A stretch of DNA of 63,849 bases, counting the filler, from Octopus bimaculoides (lineage: Eukaryota): assembly GCF_001194135.2 (NCBI RefSeq). It is 7 parts of 6 records of this genome, joined end to end, with 100 filler letters (N's around TTAATTAATTAA, not from the genome) between each part and the next. Parts side by side here need not be neighbours in the genome. Positions count along the whole stretch, not along the records: positions 53,038 to 62,538 come from NC_068981.1; positions 62,639 to 63,849 come from NC_068997.1; 5 more parts are not named here. One strand, given 5' to 3'. The stretch's first letter is position 1. Every line of letters starts with the position of its first letter. The notes beneath the pieces are model-generated. The model did no database searches, had not been told where the DNA came from, and saw only the letters and a list, made by a program, of their open reading frames with translations. This document shows, piece after piece, positions 53,283 through 63,849 of the stretch. The position numbers and the translations under genes were made by a program.

Positions 53283-54147
53283 TCTCAGTTTTTTATATAT
53301 ATTTAGATATTGTATTTGTATATTTGTGTTGCCAATGAAGTAAGGAGTGTTGAATATGTGATTTGGTGTAATATATGTGTTCATTTATTAAGGTTGACTA
53401 CTGTTTCATTATGACCTTTATTTTCAATAAAAGAACAGTAATCTCAGTACTAATTTGATCATCTAGGTAGCATAATGATCTAGTATGTCATATCTTGTGA
53501 CCCATCAAATCATTTCATTTTAAGCTCCTGTAGGGACCTAATGAGTGCTGGAGGTTGTTGTATCAACTGCAAAATGGTTAGAATAAAAACTGAATGTAAA
53601 AAGTTAAGAGTTGTTTCTGTTAATGGTATAAAAAGCATTGCATAGTGAACAGTTGTTGCGGCTGGAAGGAAATGAGACAGGCATTGAATGTTCAAAAGAT
53701 AAGCTGCATGGAATGCAAAACATAAAGCGGGTGAAATACAGCTGGAAATGAAAACATTTGTCACAGTGTGCAGCAAAGACAATTGTAGTTGACAAGTACA
53801 GGGGATCATTTGCGGTCAGTGGAAAGTACATGTGCAAGAGAAATACTGATGATAGTGGAAGAGGAATCCACACTCATATACACATAAACTCAAATGTGCT
53901 CCCATTTGAAATTACTTATGAAAACAAGTTCCTGATCAAAATTCTCTGTCCATCACAATTTTCTTGGTCTGTAAAGCCTTTCAAGATTTATAGTTAAACC
54001 TATAACCTGAAAGAACTAAATTTAGATTGTAAATGGTTTATATAATTCATAAATTCTTTCCACATTGTAAAGTTGATATTGTTTCTTGTATTGATGTAAA
54101 TAACTAGTGACAAAGAAATGTACCTATGTTCTATATTTGTATTTTAG

Positions 54148-54222
54148 AACCTAAAAGCAATGGATATGAATGGATTCTCTGATCCATATGTTAAACTACA
54201 TCTACTTCCTGGTGCTTCCAAA
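54148..54222 (+). CDS. RPH3A: Rabphilin/Doc2-family protein, C2A exon (NLKAMDMNGFSDPYVKLHLLPGASK)
   Basis: tttag acceptor and gtgagt donor; 75 nt, phase 0/0. The hand translation closely matches rabphilin/Doc2 C2A (MDxNGxxDPYVKLHLLPGASK). The N-terminal Rab-binding domain is not visible, so rabphilin versus Doc2 cannot be settled directly. Confidence 0.93.
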
Positions 54223-54949
54223 GTGAGTCTTTAACAATTTGTGCTTTACATATCTTCATAGATCTAAATAATAGCAATTCTTTATCTTTATAAATTTATG
54301 GGTTTTAATTTAATTTTCTTTTCTTTGACAATATACTTTAATCCACCAACTAAATGCCTCTTGACCAGCTTCTTACCTGCTTTATTTAAGAAGCACACAT
54401 TTCAGTTCTTTAAGGACAATGTATTTGAATCAAAGTCAAGAAGTTCTGTTGTAAAATGTTGATTAGACAACAATATCTGATCATTCTAAAATATGTCAGA
54501 TTTCAAGTTCAAGTTTGGTGAAGTCCGTTGAGACTAAATAATTTTTTATGTCTTTTTAAATCTATACTAAATTCTGATATTTTCTCATTTGACCTGGTAG
54601 GTGGGGGAGAATTAAAAATGAAAGAGAAAATGGAAGCCTTTATTCTTAAACTTTAAGTGCTGCTATTACAGGTTCTAAGTTCTAAATCTTTTGTAATAGA
54701 AAGGAAAGTTAAACCTATAAGAGAGGCAATAATAGTAAACTGAAGATTGTTTTGATGGCAGCAAGTTGGCATAATTAATAGAGTACTAAACAAAATGACT
54801 TAGTTTTCTTTCCTCAGTATTCCTCATTCAAATCCTCTTTGAGTTGACTTTACTTTTCATACATCAGAGGTCATTGAAATAAGTATCAGTAATATTCAGG
54901 GAGAAATTTACTTGATTATAATCATTCCCTTTGTCAAACAAAATCTTGA

Positions 54950-55102
<153 letters not shown>

Positions 55103-55330
55103 TAATTTGGTAATTTACTTAATACATCCTGAAGTTATATTGATTCATAGGTAACTATTCATAGGTAACTACACCTGTTAATCTGCTGCTGCTTGAGTCC
55201 TTATATATTTTGGTTTATGCATGCATATGTTTATGTTTTATATGTTTATATTTTATAAAAATGTTTATGTCTTATAAGTATGTTTATGTTTTATGAGTAC
55301 ATTTATATTCATTGTCATCTGTTTGTCTAG

Positions 55331-55454
55331 GCTGTCTGTACTTGATGAGGACCCCATTGGCTATGATTTCATTGGAGAATATCGAATATCATTAAGCCAG
55401 TTAAAAAGAAACCAAACTAAACGCTTTTCTGTCTTGTTAGAAGATCATCAACCT
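55331..55454 (+). CDS. RPH3A: Rabphilin/Doc2-family protein, end of C2A (LSVLDEDPIGYDFIGEYRISLSQLKRNQTKRFSVLLEDHQP)
   Basis: tgtctag acceptor and gtaaga donor; 124 nt, phase 2/0, frame-compatible. Contains the Ca2+-binding loop 3 motif DEDxxxxDFIGE. Confidence 0.93.
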
Positions 55455-56117
55455 GTAAGAAGAGTCTATTAAAATTATTGAATATTTTCATGAAATCAGT
55501 TTTATGAATCATTTTGTTCCTATGTATTTGTGCATAGTATGATTTTATCACTACAGATACAACATTGATTTTCCAGAACCTTTCGTTTTAAAGCCTTTAT
55601 TGATTACTGGTTTTTCTAAACCACATGTGGTTGCCTTGGTCATCACAGTCTAAATTAAACAAATCTTAAATTGACTTAAATAATTAAATGAAATACAGAT
55701 GTCTGTACATTAGTATAAATGATACAAGTTTATTAATTCTGTACTGTACAAGATACCAGTTAAACTAGTCTGCAACCACGGGAGTTTGAAATTCCTGCTT
55801 GTAAGTTAATGTGGCTTATAAGAGGTTCCAAAGCATCAGTATCTGGAAAGTAGGTGTTGTACTTGTAGCACTGTTGCATCACTGAATCCTTGAATTTATT
55901 TGGGCTACATTTCAAGCAATAGAATTTATTAATTTCCTCAAAAGCATCATTTAACAGCGATGAGATATTGCAATGTTAAAACATGTTTTCCTTTATCTTT
56001 TATTCTTTTACTGGTTTCAGTTATTAAACTGTGAGAATATTGGGACATCACTTTCAAAGTGTTCTTAGTTGATGATATTGACTACTATTTATATTAGTCA
56101 GACTGGTGTTCTTGTCT

Positions 56118-56566
56118 TGATTACTGCTTTCTTTACATTTCAGCTGTTGTATGCTCCAGTTTTCTTCATGGGTCTTGTGTTGAACCAATTGTTGTATTGG
56201 AATTTTGAGCCTAGCTCTCTATTTGATCCATAGGATTACACTGTTCTCATTCCACTCTCTATGTTTCGTGACATTTTTTGCTTCAGTTGATTTTTGTGAA
56301 TTCACGTTAGTGCCTTGCCTGGGATTGAACTCAGAACCTTTAAGTGACTGCACTACATAAACCTAGAGGTTCTGAGCTCAATCTCAGTCAAGGCACTAAT
56401 GTAATTCACAAAAATCAGCTGAAGTAAAAAGTATCACGAAATACAGAGAGTGGAGTGAGAAGAGTGGGTTAGGTTCAAAATTCTGATACAATAACCAAGT
56501 TCAACACGAGACACCTGAAGGAAGCTGGAGCACAGAACAGCTGAAATGTAGTGAAAGTAACAATCC
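56118..56566. mobile_element. Divergently oriented pair of related SINE-like elements forming an imperfect inverted repeat
   Basis: 56118-56339 aligns by eye to the reverse complement of 56367-56566 at roughly 80% identity, with one about 20-nt indel and a 27-nt spacer. Each arm starts with a B-box-like ggttctgagttcaatccc. Confidence 0.8.
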
Positions 56567-56855
56567 ATATTAGGACACTAGTCCGACTAATATAAACAGT
56601 ATACATAATATAAATTCCTCATCTCAGAAATATAGAATTGTGTGCACATTGATGTAATCATGTATGTATAATTTTGCATACTGAAATTAATAATGCCACA
56701 TGAAGTTTTACAAAATAGCTGTAATCATATGGATGTCATAGAGAAAAAATAAATCTATATTCTTCTCTCATACCTCCTGACTTTATACTATGTATGTATG
56801 TATGTGTGCGTGCGTTTGTGTGTAAGTATGTTTGTGTATGTCTATATGTTTGTAT

Positions 56856-56891
<36 letters not shown>

Positions 56892-57431
56892 NNNNNNNNN
56901 NNNNNNNNNNNNNNNNNNNNNNNNNNNNNNNNNNNNNNNNNNNNNNNNNNNNNNNNNNNNNNNNNNNNNNNNNNNNNNNNNNNNNNNNNNNNNNNNNNNN
57001 NNNNNNNNNNNNNNNNNNNNNNNNNNNNNNNNNNNNNNNNNNNNNNNNNNNNNNNNNNNNNNNNNNNNNNNNNNNNNNNNNNNNNNNNNNNNNNNNNNNN
57101 NNNNNNNNNNNNNNNNNNNNNNNNNNNNNNNNNNNNNNNNNNNNNNNNNNNNNNNNNNNNNNNNNNNNNNNNNNNNNNNNNNNNNNNNNNNNNNNNNNNN
57201 NNNNNNNNNNNNNNNNNNNNNNNNNNNNNNNNNNNNNNNNNNNNNNNNNNNNNNNNNNNNNNNNNNNNNNNNNNNNNNNNNNNNNNNNNNNNNNNNNAAC
57301 AAGAATCAACCTACCACGATGTAGCCATCACAGCAACGATGACTTTTGTTCACAATTATATATCCCTGAAAGAGATTTGAATTTATCCAGTTGCATCTCG
57401 GTAACATGTGCTTATACAGAATAATATTCAG

Positions 57432-58660
57432 CACTGAATATATTCTACTACCTCTCCAACACCACCATCCTCACAGGCACCCATCATCATCCCTATCATA
57501 TCACTGACTCCTTCACCTGCACTTCTAGCAACGTCATTTACTGCATCTCCTGCTCTTTCTGTCCTTCTCTGTACATTGGTCAGATGGGGCACCATTTGGC
57601 TGACTGGTTCACGGAACATCTCTGAGACATCAGACTCAGCAACGACACCCCAGTCTCATGCCATTTCCACTCTACCACTCATTCATTACAACACCTGTCT
57701 GTGTTCGGATTGTCTTTACACAGGGGCCATCCAGACTCCTGCCTTTGCCGTGAACAGGAATTAATCTTCTCTCTTCACTCCTTTGTGCCACATACGCTCA
57801 ACGCTCCTCCCCTCTTCATCTGATTCCCTTCCTCTCACTTCTACATCCTCTCTTCACTCCCACCCACCTCTCCTCTCCTGCCCTGACACCTACTTTCTTT
57901 CTTCACTCTAACCCACCTTCTCCCTTCCACCCTCTCCATTGTTAACCCCCTCCATCCACACCCAACCCCTACACATCCCAACTCCACCCCCACACATCCC
58001 ACTCCCACATACTCCACACCCTCACCCCAAGCCCACACCCTACCCTCACATCCCCCACACCCCAACACCACCACACACCACCACACCAAAACACAACAAA
58101 CCGCACATCACCACACAACACTACCACGCCACACCATTATATCACAACACAACACACCGCACATCATCACACCACACCACCACACCATATCGCACCACCT
58201 TGCACACACTAGCGTTGATCACTTCCCAACACCCACACCAGACCACATCACACCACCCTGCACACACTAGCACTGACCACTTCCCAGCACCCACACCATC
58301 ATCCACACACCTGCACATGCACACACCCACATGTCAAGGTCACCAGCCCCAATCCACATGTACACACTTACACGATCTCACATACACACGCACACACACC
58401 TTCATTTTGGGATCACCACTACTTTATTATCTCCCCTTCTTCCTAGCTCTCCTGTCTGACCATCTCTGTCCAGCCATCGCCATGATTGACTGCTAGCTCC
58501 AAAAGTTTTTTTTATTCTCTCTCTGTCTATTTTCTTGTGTTACTTTCTGTTGAAGAGCGTAGGCTCAAAACGTAAAAGACTTTCTCATCTTCCCAAGCGT
58601 TAAACTAATACACTTGTTTGTTGTTTATACACCTGTCTTCATCTTTTGTTTTTTTTGTAA
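57432..58660 (+). mobile_element. Penelope-like element remnant: GIY-YIG endonuclease C-terminus, low-complexity tract and terminal repeat
   Basis: 57449-57802 reads SFTCTSSNVIYCISCSFCPSLYIGQMGHHLADWFTEHL*DI...VSCHFHSTTHSLQHLSVFGL...EQELIFSLHSFVPHTLN, the typical PLE GIY-YIG pattern NVIY.I.C..C..LYIG.T...L..RF.EH. A hammerhead-like motif follows at 58543-58578. Confidence 0.88.
58543..58578 (+). ncRNA. Degenerate minimal type I hammerhead-like motif (PLE terminal repeat)
   Basis: cttt-CTGTTGA-A-GAGC-gtag-GCTC-AAAA-CGT-A-aaag gives stem I, a 4-bp stem II with tetraloop and palindromic stem III ACGT. The core deviates (CUGUUGA; GAAA>AAAA). A related copy is at 49763-49798. Confidence 0.5.
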
Positions 58661-59125
58661 AGAGATATTTTATTTATATATTGTTTAAAAGTGAATTGTT
58701 GTATGTTTGATTGTTGATGAAATTAATTTAATATTTGTATCAGTGACACATCCTAATAATAGATAACTATTGATATGATATATCTGTGCAGCTTCACTAA
58801 GCTTACTACTGGTTACAATCTTGCTTCAATGCTGGCTGAGTTATCAGTGCCAAAAAAAAAAAATGTTGAATATTTTAAAGAAGGCTTTGATTCAAACTTT
58901 TCAGTTATCTTTAATGAGTATTGGAAGCAGGTTAATTATCTCTTTATTAGTTTCATGATGATATGAAAGCATTTCTTCCAATTTATAAAATTTTTTAGCA
59001 ATTTTGGTTTATGGTCCTTTAGTTGTAAGCAATACTTCTTTCACTAATCTAATAATAATAAAAAAAATTGAATCAAACATATATATTTGTTCTTTTAAAT
59101 TTCCTTTAATTTATAATAATTCTAG

Positions 59126-59281
<156 letters not shown>

Positions 59282-59450
59282 TAAGTTTTTATTACTATTA
59301 TTATTATTATTATTAAAGTGGTAAGCTGGCAGATTTGTTAGCATGCCAGGTAAAATGCTTAGCAGCATTTCATCTGTCTTTACATTCTGAGTTCAAATTC
59401 CATCGAGGTCAACATTGCCTTTCATACATTTGGTATTGATAAAATAAGTA

Positions 59451-59680
59451 CCATTACATTTGACAGATATTTGTCCTTATCTCGTTTGTTGTTAACACAA
59501 TGTTTCGGCTGATATACCTTCATCAGGTGTCTTGGGGAAATTTCGAAACTGGGTTCTCATTCCTAAGGTATTTTTGAATGTTATTATTATTACTATTATT
59601 TTTATTCAGGTCACTGCCTGGAATTGAACTCGGAATCTTAGTAGCCCACGCTTTTAAGCACTATACTATACGCCCATGGG
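59451..59680 (-). mobile_element. Short element with a tRNA-like head, (AAT)n linker and 3' hammerhead-like motif
   Basis: The minus strand has a tRNA-like head at 59611-59676 (tatagtatagtgcttaa ... gagttcaattcc), then an (aat)-rich tract, then gacac-CTGATGA-A-GG-tatatcag-CC-GAAA-CAT-T-gtgtt at 59494-59531. Confidence 0.65.
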
Positions 59681-60115
59681 CAATTATGGAGTGAATTTTT
59701 AGGGCTTATAAATCTAATATTTTCCTATCCTTCCTTGATACCGGTTCTCATATGCAGCAAAGTTTCTGTCTACAGTTTGTCTGTCATGAATCCTGCCCTA
59801 CAATGCCACCGATGTTGTCCAAGGGAAAGGCAAAGGCCGATACAGCTTAGCACTAGTGATGTCACAACTCATTTGTACAGCTGAGTGAACTGGAGCAACA
59901 TGAAATAAAGTATCTTGCTCAAGGATATATCATACAGCCTGGTCCAGGAATCAAACTCACAACTTCATGATTGTAAACCTGATGCTCTAACCACTGAGCC
60001 ATGTGCCTTTACAATAAATGATAATCAATGAGTTAATAAGTGGTTGATAACAGTTTATTGTACTTCTGGGGGGGTTTTTGGGGTTTTTTTGTTATTTTTA
60101 AAATATTTCCTTCAG

Positions 60116-60197
60116 ATATATGAAACCTGATCCAGGCAAGAAATCAAAATTTAAAACAGAAACTAAGAGAAAAACACTGAATCCTGAATATAATGAA
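60116..60197 (+). CDS. RPH3A: Rabphilin/Doc2-family protein, C2B exon (YMKPDPGKKSKFKTETKRKTLNPEYNE)
   Basis: ccttcag acceptor and gttagt donor; 82 nt, phase 2/0. Matches [26 protein letters not shown] of rabphilin C2B. Confidence 0.92.
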
Positions 60198-60576
60198 GTT
60201 AGTATAAATTTATATTTCAAATCCTTTTATTCTCTTTTACTTGTTTCAGTCATGTGACTATGAGGAAATAGAAAAAGAAACCACAACTTATAAGTTACCC
60301 TGATTAGAGCCAAAATGTTGAACATCACAAATTAAAACATAGTTAAAGTATCAGAATTCATGTTTCAGAACTCCCTGGATATTACTATGAATATCCAGCA
60401 AATGTTAACAGAACCTGTCTCAGTTTTACTTATGTATAATGTGCTGTAGAGATTGCTGGCTGTGCAGTATATGTCCAAAAATGCAGTAATGTTCTTGGGA
60501 ATTGGGCATGGTATTTTCTTACTCTAGTGATCTGGAATATCTTAATCCTTCAGCATTCAGATTACACTATCAAATG

Positions 60577-62538
60577 TCATCATCATCATCATCATCATCG
60601 TCGTCGTCGTTGTTTAATGTCCGCTTTCCATGCTGGCATGGGTTGGACGGTTTGACAGAGGGTTGGCAAGCCAGAAGGCTGCACCAGGCTCCAATCCGAT
60701 CTGGCAATGTTTCTACAGCTGGATGCCCTTATTAATGCCAACCACTCCGAGAGTGTAGTGGGTGCTTTTTACATGCCACTGGTATGAGGGCCAATCAGGC
60801 GGTACTGACATCAACCACACTTGAATAGTGCTTTTTACGTACCACTGGCACAGGTGCCACTCAGGTGGTACTGTCATCGGCCACAATAACGACTTCAACA
60901 GGTCTTCACAAGTGCAGTTTATTGACCAGTGATTGAAGGGTACTCTTAAATGGGCTGATTATGCTGTACTGGCATAGGCCACAGTTACAGTCTCACTTGC
61001 CTTGCCAGGTCTTCTCAAGCACAGCATATCTCCAAAGGTCTCAGTCACTTGGTGAGGTTCAGCATTCAAAGGTCGTACTTCAGCACCTCATCTCAGGTCT
61101 TCCTGGGTCTACCTCTTCCACAGGTTCCCTCTACTGCTAGGGTGTGACACTTTTTCACACAGCTGTCCTCATCCATACGCCACACATGACCATACCAGTG
61201 CAGTCATCTCTCTTGCACACTATATCTGACACTTCTTATGTCCAACTTTTCTCTCAGGATGCTTAAACTCTGTCGTATATGCACACTGACATTACACATC
61301 CAGCGGAGCATGCTAGCTTCATTCCTTGCAAGCTTATGCATGTCCTCAGCAGTCATGGCCCATGTTTCACTGCCATGTAGCATGGATGTTTGCACACATG
61401 CATTATACAGTCTACCTTTTACTCTGAGCAAGAGGCCCTTTGTCACCAGCAGAGGTAGGAGCTCTCTCAACTTTGCCCAGGTTATTCGTATTCTGGCAGC
61501 TACACTCTCAGAGCAACCATCCCCGCTACTGACTTGGTCACCTAGGTAATGGAAGCTATCAAGTACTTGTAGTTTTTTAGCCCCCAGGAATGTGACAGAA
61601 GCTATTTTCTGCACATTTTCAGTGTTTACTGCCCCTGAGCATTTACCACACGCAAAAACTATCTTCCCAGTTAGCCTTTCTTTGATATTACAGCACTTCT
61701 TATGTGTTCATAGCTTACACTGGGTACATCTTATGGAGTTTCTACCTACACCTTTTCTACAGATCAAGCAGGGCCATCTACATGAAGGGATTTGTGGTTT
61801 GTCTGCCTTCCTACTTATTAAGACTTTGGTTTTTGCTTGATTGACTCTAAGGCCCTTTAATTCTAATCCTTGCTTCCACACCTGAAACTTCTCCTCTAGT
61901 TCTGATAGTGACTCAGCAATTAGTGCAAGGTCATCAGCATAGAGAAGCTCCCAGAAGCATCCTGTCTTGAATTCCTCTGTTATTGCCTGGAGGACAATGA
62001 TGAATAAGAGAGGGCTGAGGACTGATCCTTGGTGGACCCCTACCTCTACCCAGAATTCTTCATTGTACTTATTGCCAACCCTCACCTTATTGACAGCATC
62101 CCTGTACATGGCTTGTACAGATCTCACTAACCACTCATCTATCTCTAGTTTCTGCATTGACCACCAGATAAAGGATCAGGAGACCCTGTCAAAAGCTTTC
62201 TCCATGTCAACAAAAGCCAGGTATAGAAGTTTATCTTTGGCTAGGTATTTCTCCTGCAGCTATCTTACCAGAAATATAGCATCAGTGGTGCTTTTACCTG
62301 GCACGAACCCAAGCTGCATCTCATCTAAACTGACTCGCTCCCTAAGTAGTTGAGCTATGACCCTCTCCGTGACTTTCATTACCTGATCTAAAAGCTTGAT
62401 ACCTCTGTAATTATTTGTATCTAATGCATCACCTTTACATTTGTAGCAGTTGACTATGGTGCTGCTACACCAGTCATTGGGTATGACTTCTTCATGTATC
62501 ACCTGATTGACTATATGGGTGACTAGACTATAGCTGAC
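60577..62538 (-). mobile_element. RTE-clade LINE, 5'-truncated by the scaffold junction, antisense in a rabphilin intron
   Basis: ORFs 62260-62502, 61708-62157 (GVHQGSVLSPLLF, ELLYADDLAL) and 61204-61614 (FHYLG, VKGRLYNACV..LHGSETW), then a 3' UTR ending in (GAT)n/(GAC)n. It is frameshifted. Confidence 0.95.
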
Positions 62539-62638
62539 NNNNNNNNNNNNNNNNNNNNNNNNNNNNNNNNNNNNNNNNNNNNTTAATTAATTAANNNNNN
62601 NNNNNNNNNNNNNNNNNNNNNNNNNNNNNNNNNNNNNN

Positions 62639-63243
62639 GAGATCGTTGCCGGTGCCCCTGAACTGGCTCTTGTGTGGGGTTGTTGTGGGATTTTCGAGCG
62701 GGATCGTTGCTGGTGCCCCTGGGCTGGCTCTTGTGCGGGTGACACATGAGGTTTCTCGAGCGAGATGAGCGTGGCCGTTGCCAGTACCGCCTGACTGGCC
62801 TTCGTGCGGGTGACACGTAAAAGCACCCACTACACTCTCTGAGTGGTTGGCGTTAGGAAGGGCATCAAGCTTATCCAGCTGTGGAGACACTGCCAAATCA
62901 GATTGGAGCCTGGTGTAGCCATCTGGTTTCACCAGTCCTCAGTCAAATCGTCCAACCCATGCTAGCATGGAAAGCGGATGTTAAACGACGACGACGATAC
63001 GTACAGACATATATATATATGTATATATACCGCCTGACTGGCCTTTGTAGGGTTTTCGAGCGAGATCGTTGCCAGTGCCCCTGGACTGGCTCTTGTGTGG
63101 ATGGCACATAAAAGACACCATTTCAAGCGTGGCCGTTATCGTGCGGGTGACACGTAAAAGCACCCACTACACTCTCTGAGTGGTTGGCGTTAGGAAGGGC
63201 ATCCAGCTGTAGAAACTCTGCCAAATTGGATTGGAGCCTGGTG
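62639..63243 (+). mobile_element. Two RTE 3' UTR fragments with subterminal ~60-bp tandem units
   Basis: 62639-62997 ends ...ggatgttaaacgacgacgac, and a second copy at 63022-63243 is cut by a gap. gagatcgttgcc(a/g)gtgcccctg units are repeated. Confidence 0.85.
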
Positions 63244-63253
63244 NNNNNNNNNN

Positions 63254-63849
63254 TAAGGTGGATGAGGAATTTTTTCCCAACCAAGCTCTTCGGTCTGCTG
63301 TGATGTGATCTTTACAGTGTGGGGTCGCACATTGTCCTGATGAAACATCACTCCTTTTCGATTCACAAAAGTGAGTTTTTTTCCTTCAAAGCTTGGTTCA
63401 AATGCTCTAATTTCTGACAGTAGACTTGATCATTAATCGTTGCATTAGGTGGTAACAATTCAAAATGAATTACTCCTTTGCAATCCCACCAGATAGAGAG
63501 AAGAACCTTTTTTCCCATGAAATTCTCTTCTCGGTTGTGGTTGAGCTTTTTCCCTTATACCAAGCCACTGTTTACGACGTTTAACATTTTGATAGAAGAT
63601 CCATTTTTGTCACCAGTCACAAGTCTATCCAAAAAGGGTGAAACGAGTTCACGAGAATGGAGAGAAGAGCAGATATCAACTCGAGATTTGCAGTTGCTTT
63701 TGGACAATTCATGAGGCACACATTTTCCAAGTTTAGGAAGCTTTCCTAGTTGTTGAAGATGACAATGAACAGTTGTATGGTTTGAACTAAGCTTTATTGC
63801 CAATTATTCAACTGATAATGCAGAATTTTCTTCAAGTAATACCTCAAGG
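63254..63849 (-). mobile_element. Mariner-family transposase remnant
   Basis: KLGKCVPHEL (WVPHEL), FLDRLVTGD, KKVLLSIWWDCKGVIHFELL, VMFHQDNVRPH, LGWEKIPHPP. It is frameshifted and runs to the window edge. Confidence 0.93.

Noticed and set aside
53530-53997. Cys-rich short ORFs just upstream of the first C2A exon, as a possible alternative first exon or zinc finger
   Set aside because: There are stops in all frames and no donor linking to 54148. Fragments (CWRLLY, LNVQK, SQC..KYMCKR) loosely follow the RTE RT region, so a decayed LINE is more likely.
57800-58480. 185-aa Pro/His/Thr-rich ORF at 57939-58496
   Set aside because: It is a low-complexity CAC/CCA tract inside the Penelope-like remnant, within an intron.
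59611-59676. tRNA gene
   Set aside because: The A/B boxes are degenerate, the anticodon arm is incomplete and there is no acceptor-stem pairing or T-run terminator; it is a tRNA-derived head only. The same applies to the other SINE heads.

Overview
AT-rich, repeat-dense animal genomic DNA. The SINE/LINE complement and (TA)n/(CA)n load best fit an octopod cephalopod, which is an inference from recalled repeat families, not a database match. The window is not contiguous: six identical 100-nt assembly spacers (44 N + TTAATTAATTAA + 44 N) split it into seven separately assembled blocks, and there are many other N gaps. Almost all ORFs in the supplied track are microsatellite or N artefacts. The only host gene I can support is five + strand exons (54148-60197) of a rabphilin/Doc2-family tandem-C2-domain protein, covering most of C2A, the linker and the first half of C2B. 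Its other exons are not visible. The rest is decayed mobile DNA: CRE-like, Tx1/L1-like, R4/Dong-like, CR1-like, RTE and Penelope-like retroelements; Tigger, Tc1 and mariner transposase remnants; a piggyBac-like MITE; a Helitron-like end; and many tRNA-derived SINEs. The most interesting signal is five degenerate minimal hammerhead-ribozyme motifs of the Penelope type. Three sit downstream of tRNA-like Pol III promoter sequence in SINE-like elements, and two of those elements form an inverted pair inside a rabphilin intron. There are also a near-perfect 313-bp palindrome and a perfect 52-bp palindrome. All hammerhead copies here look mutated, so activity would have to be shown on family consensus or younger copies.
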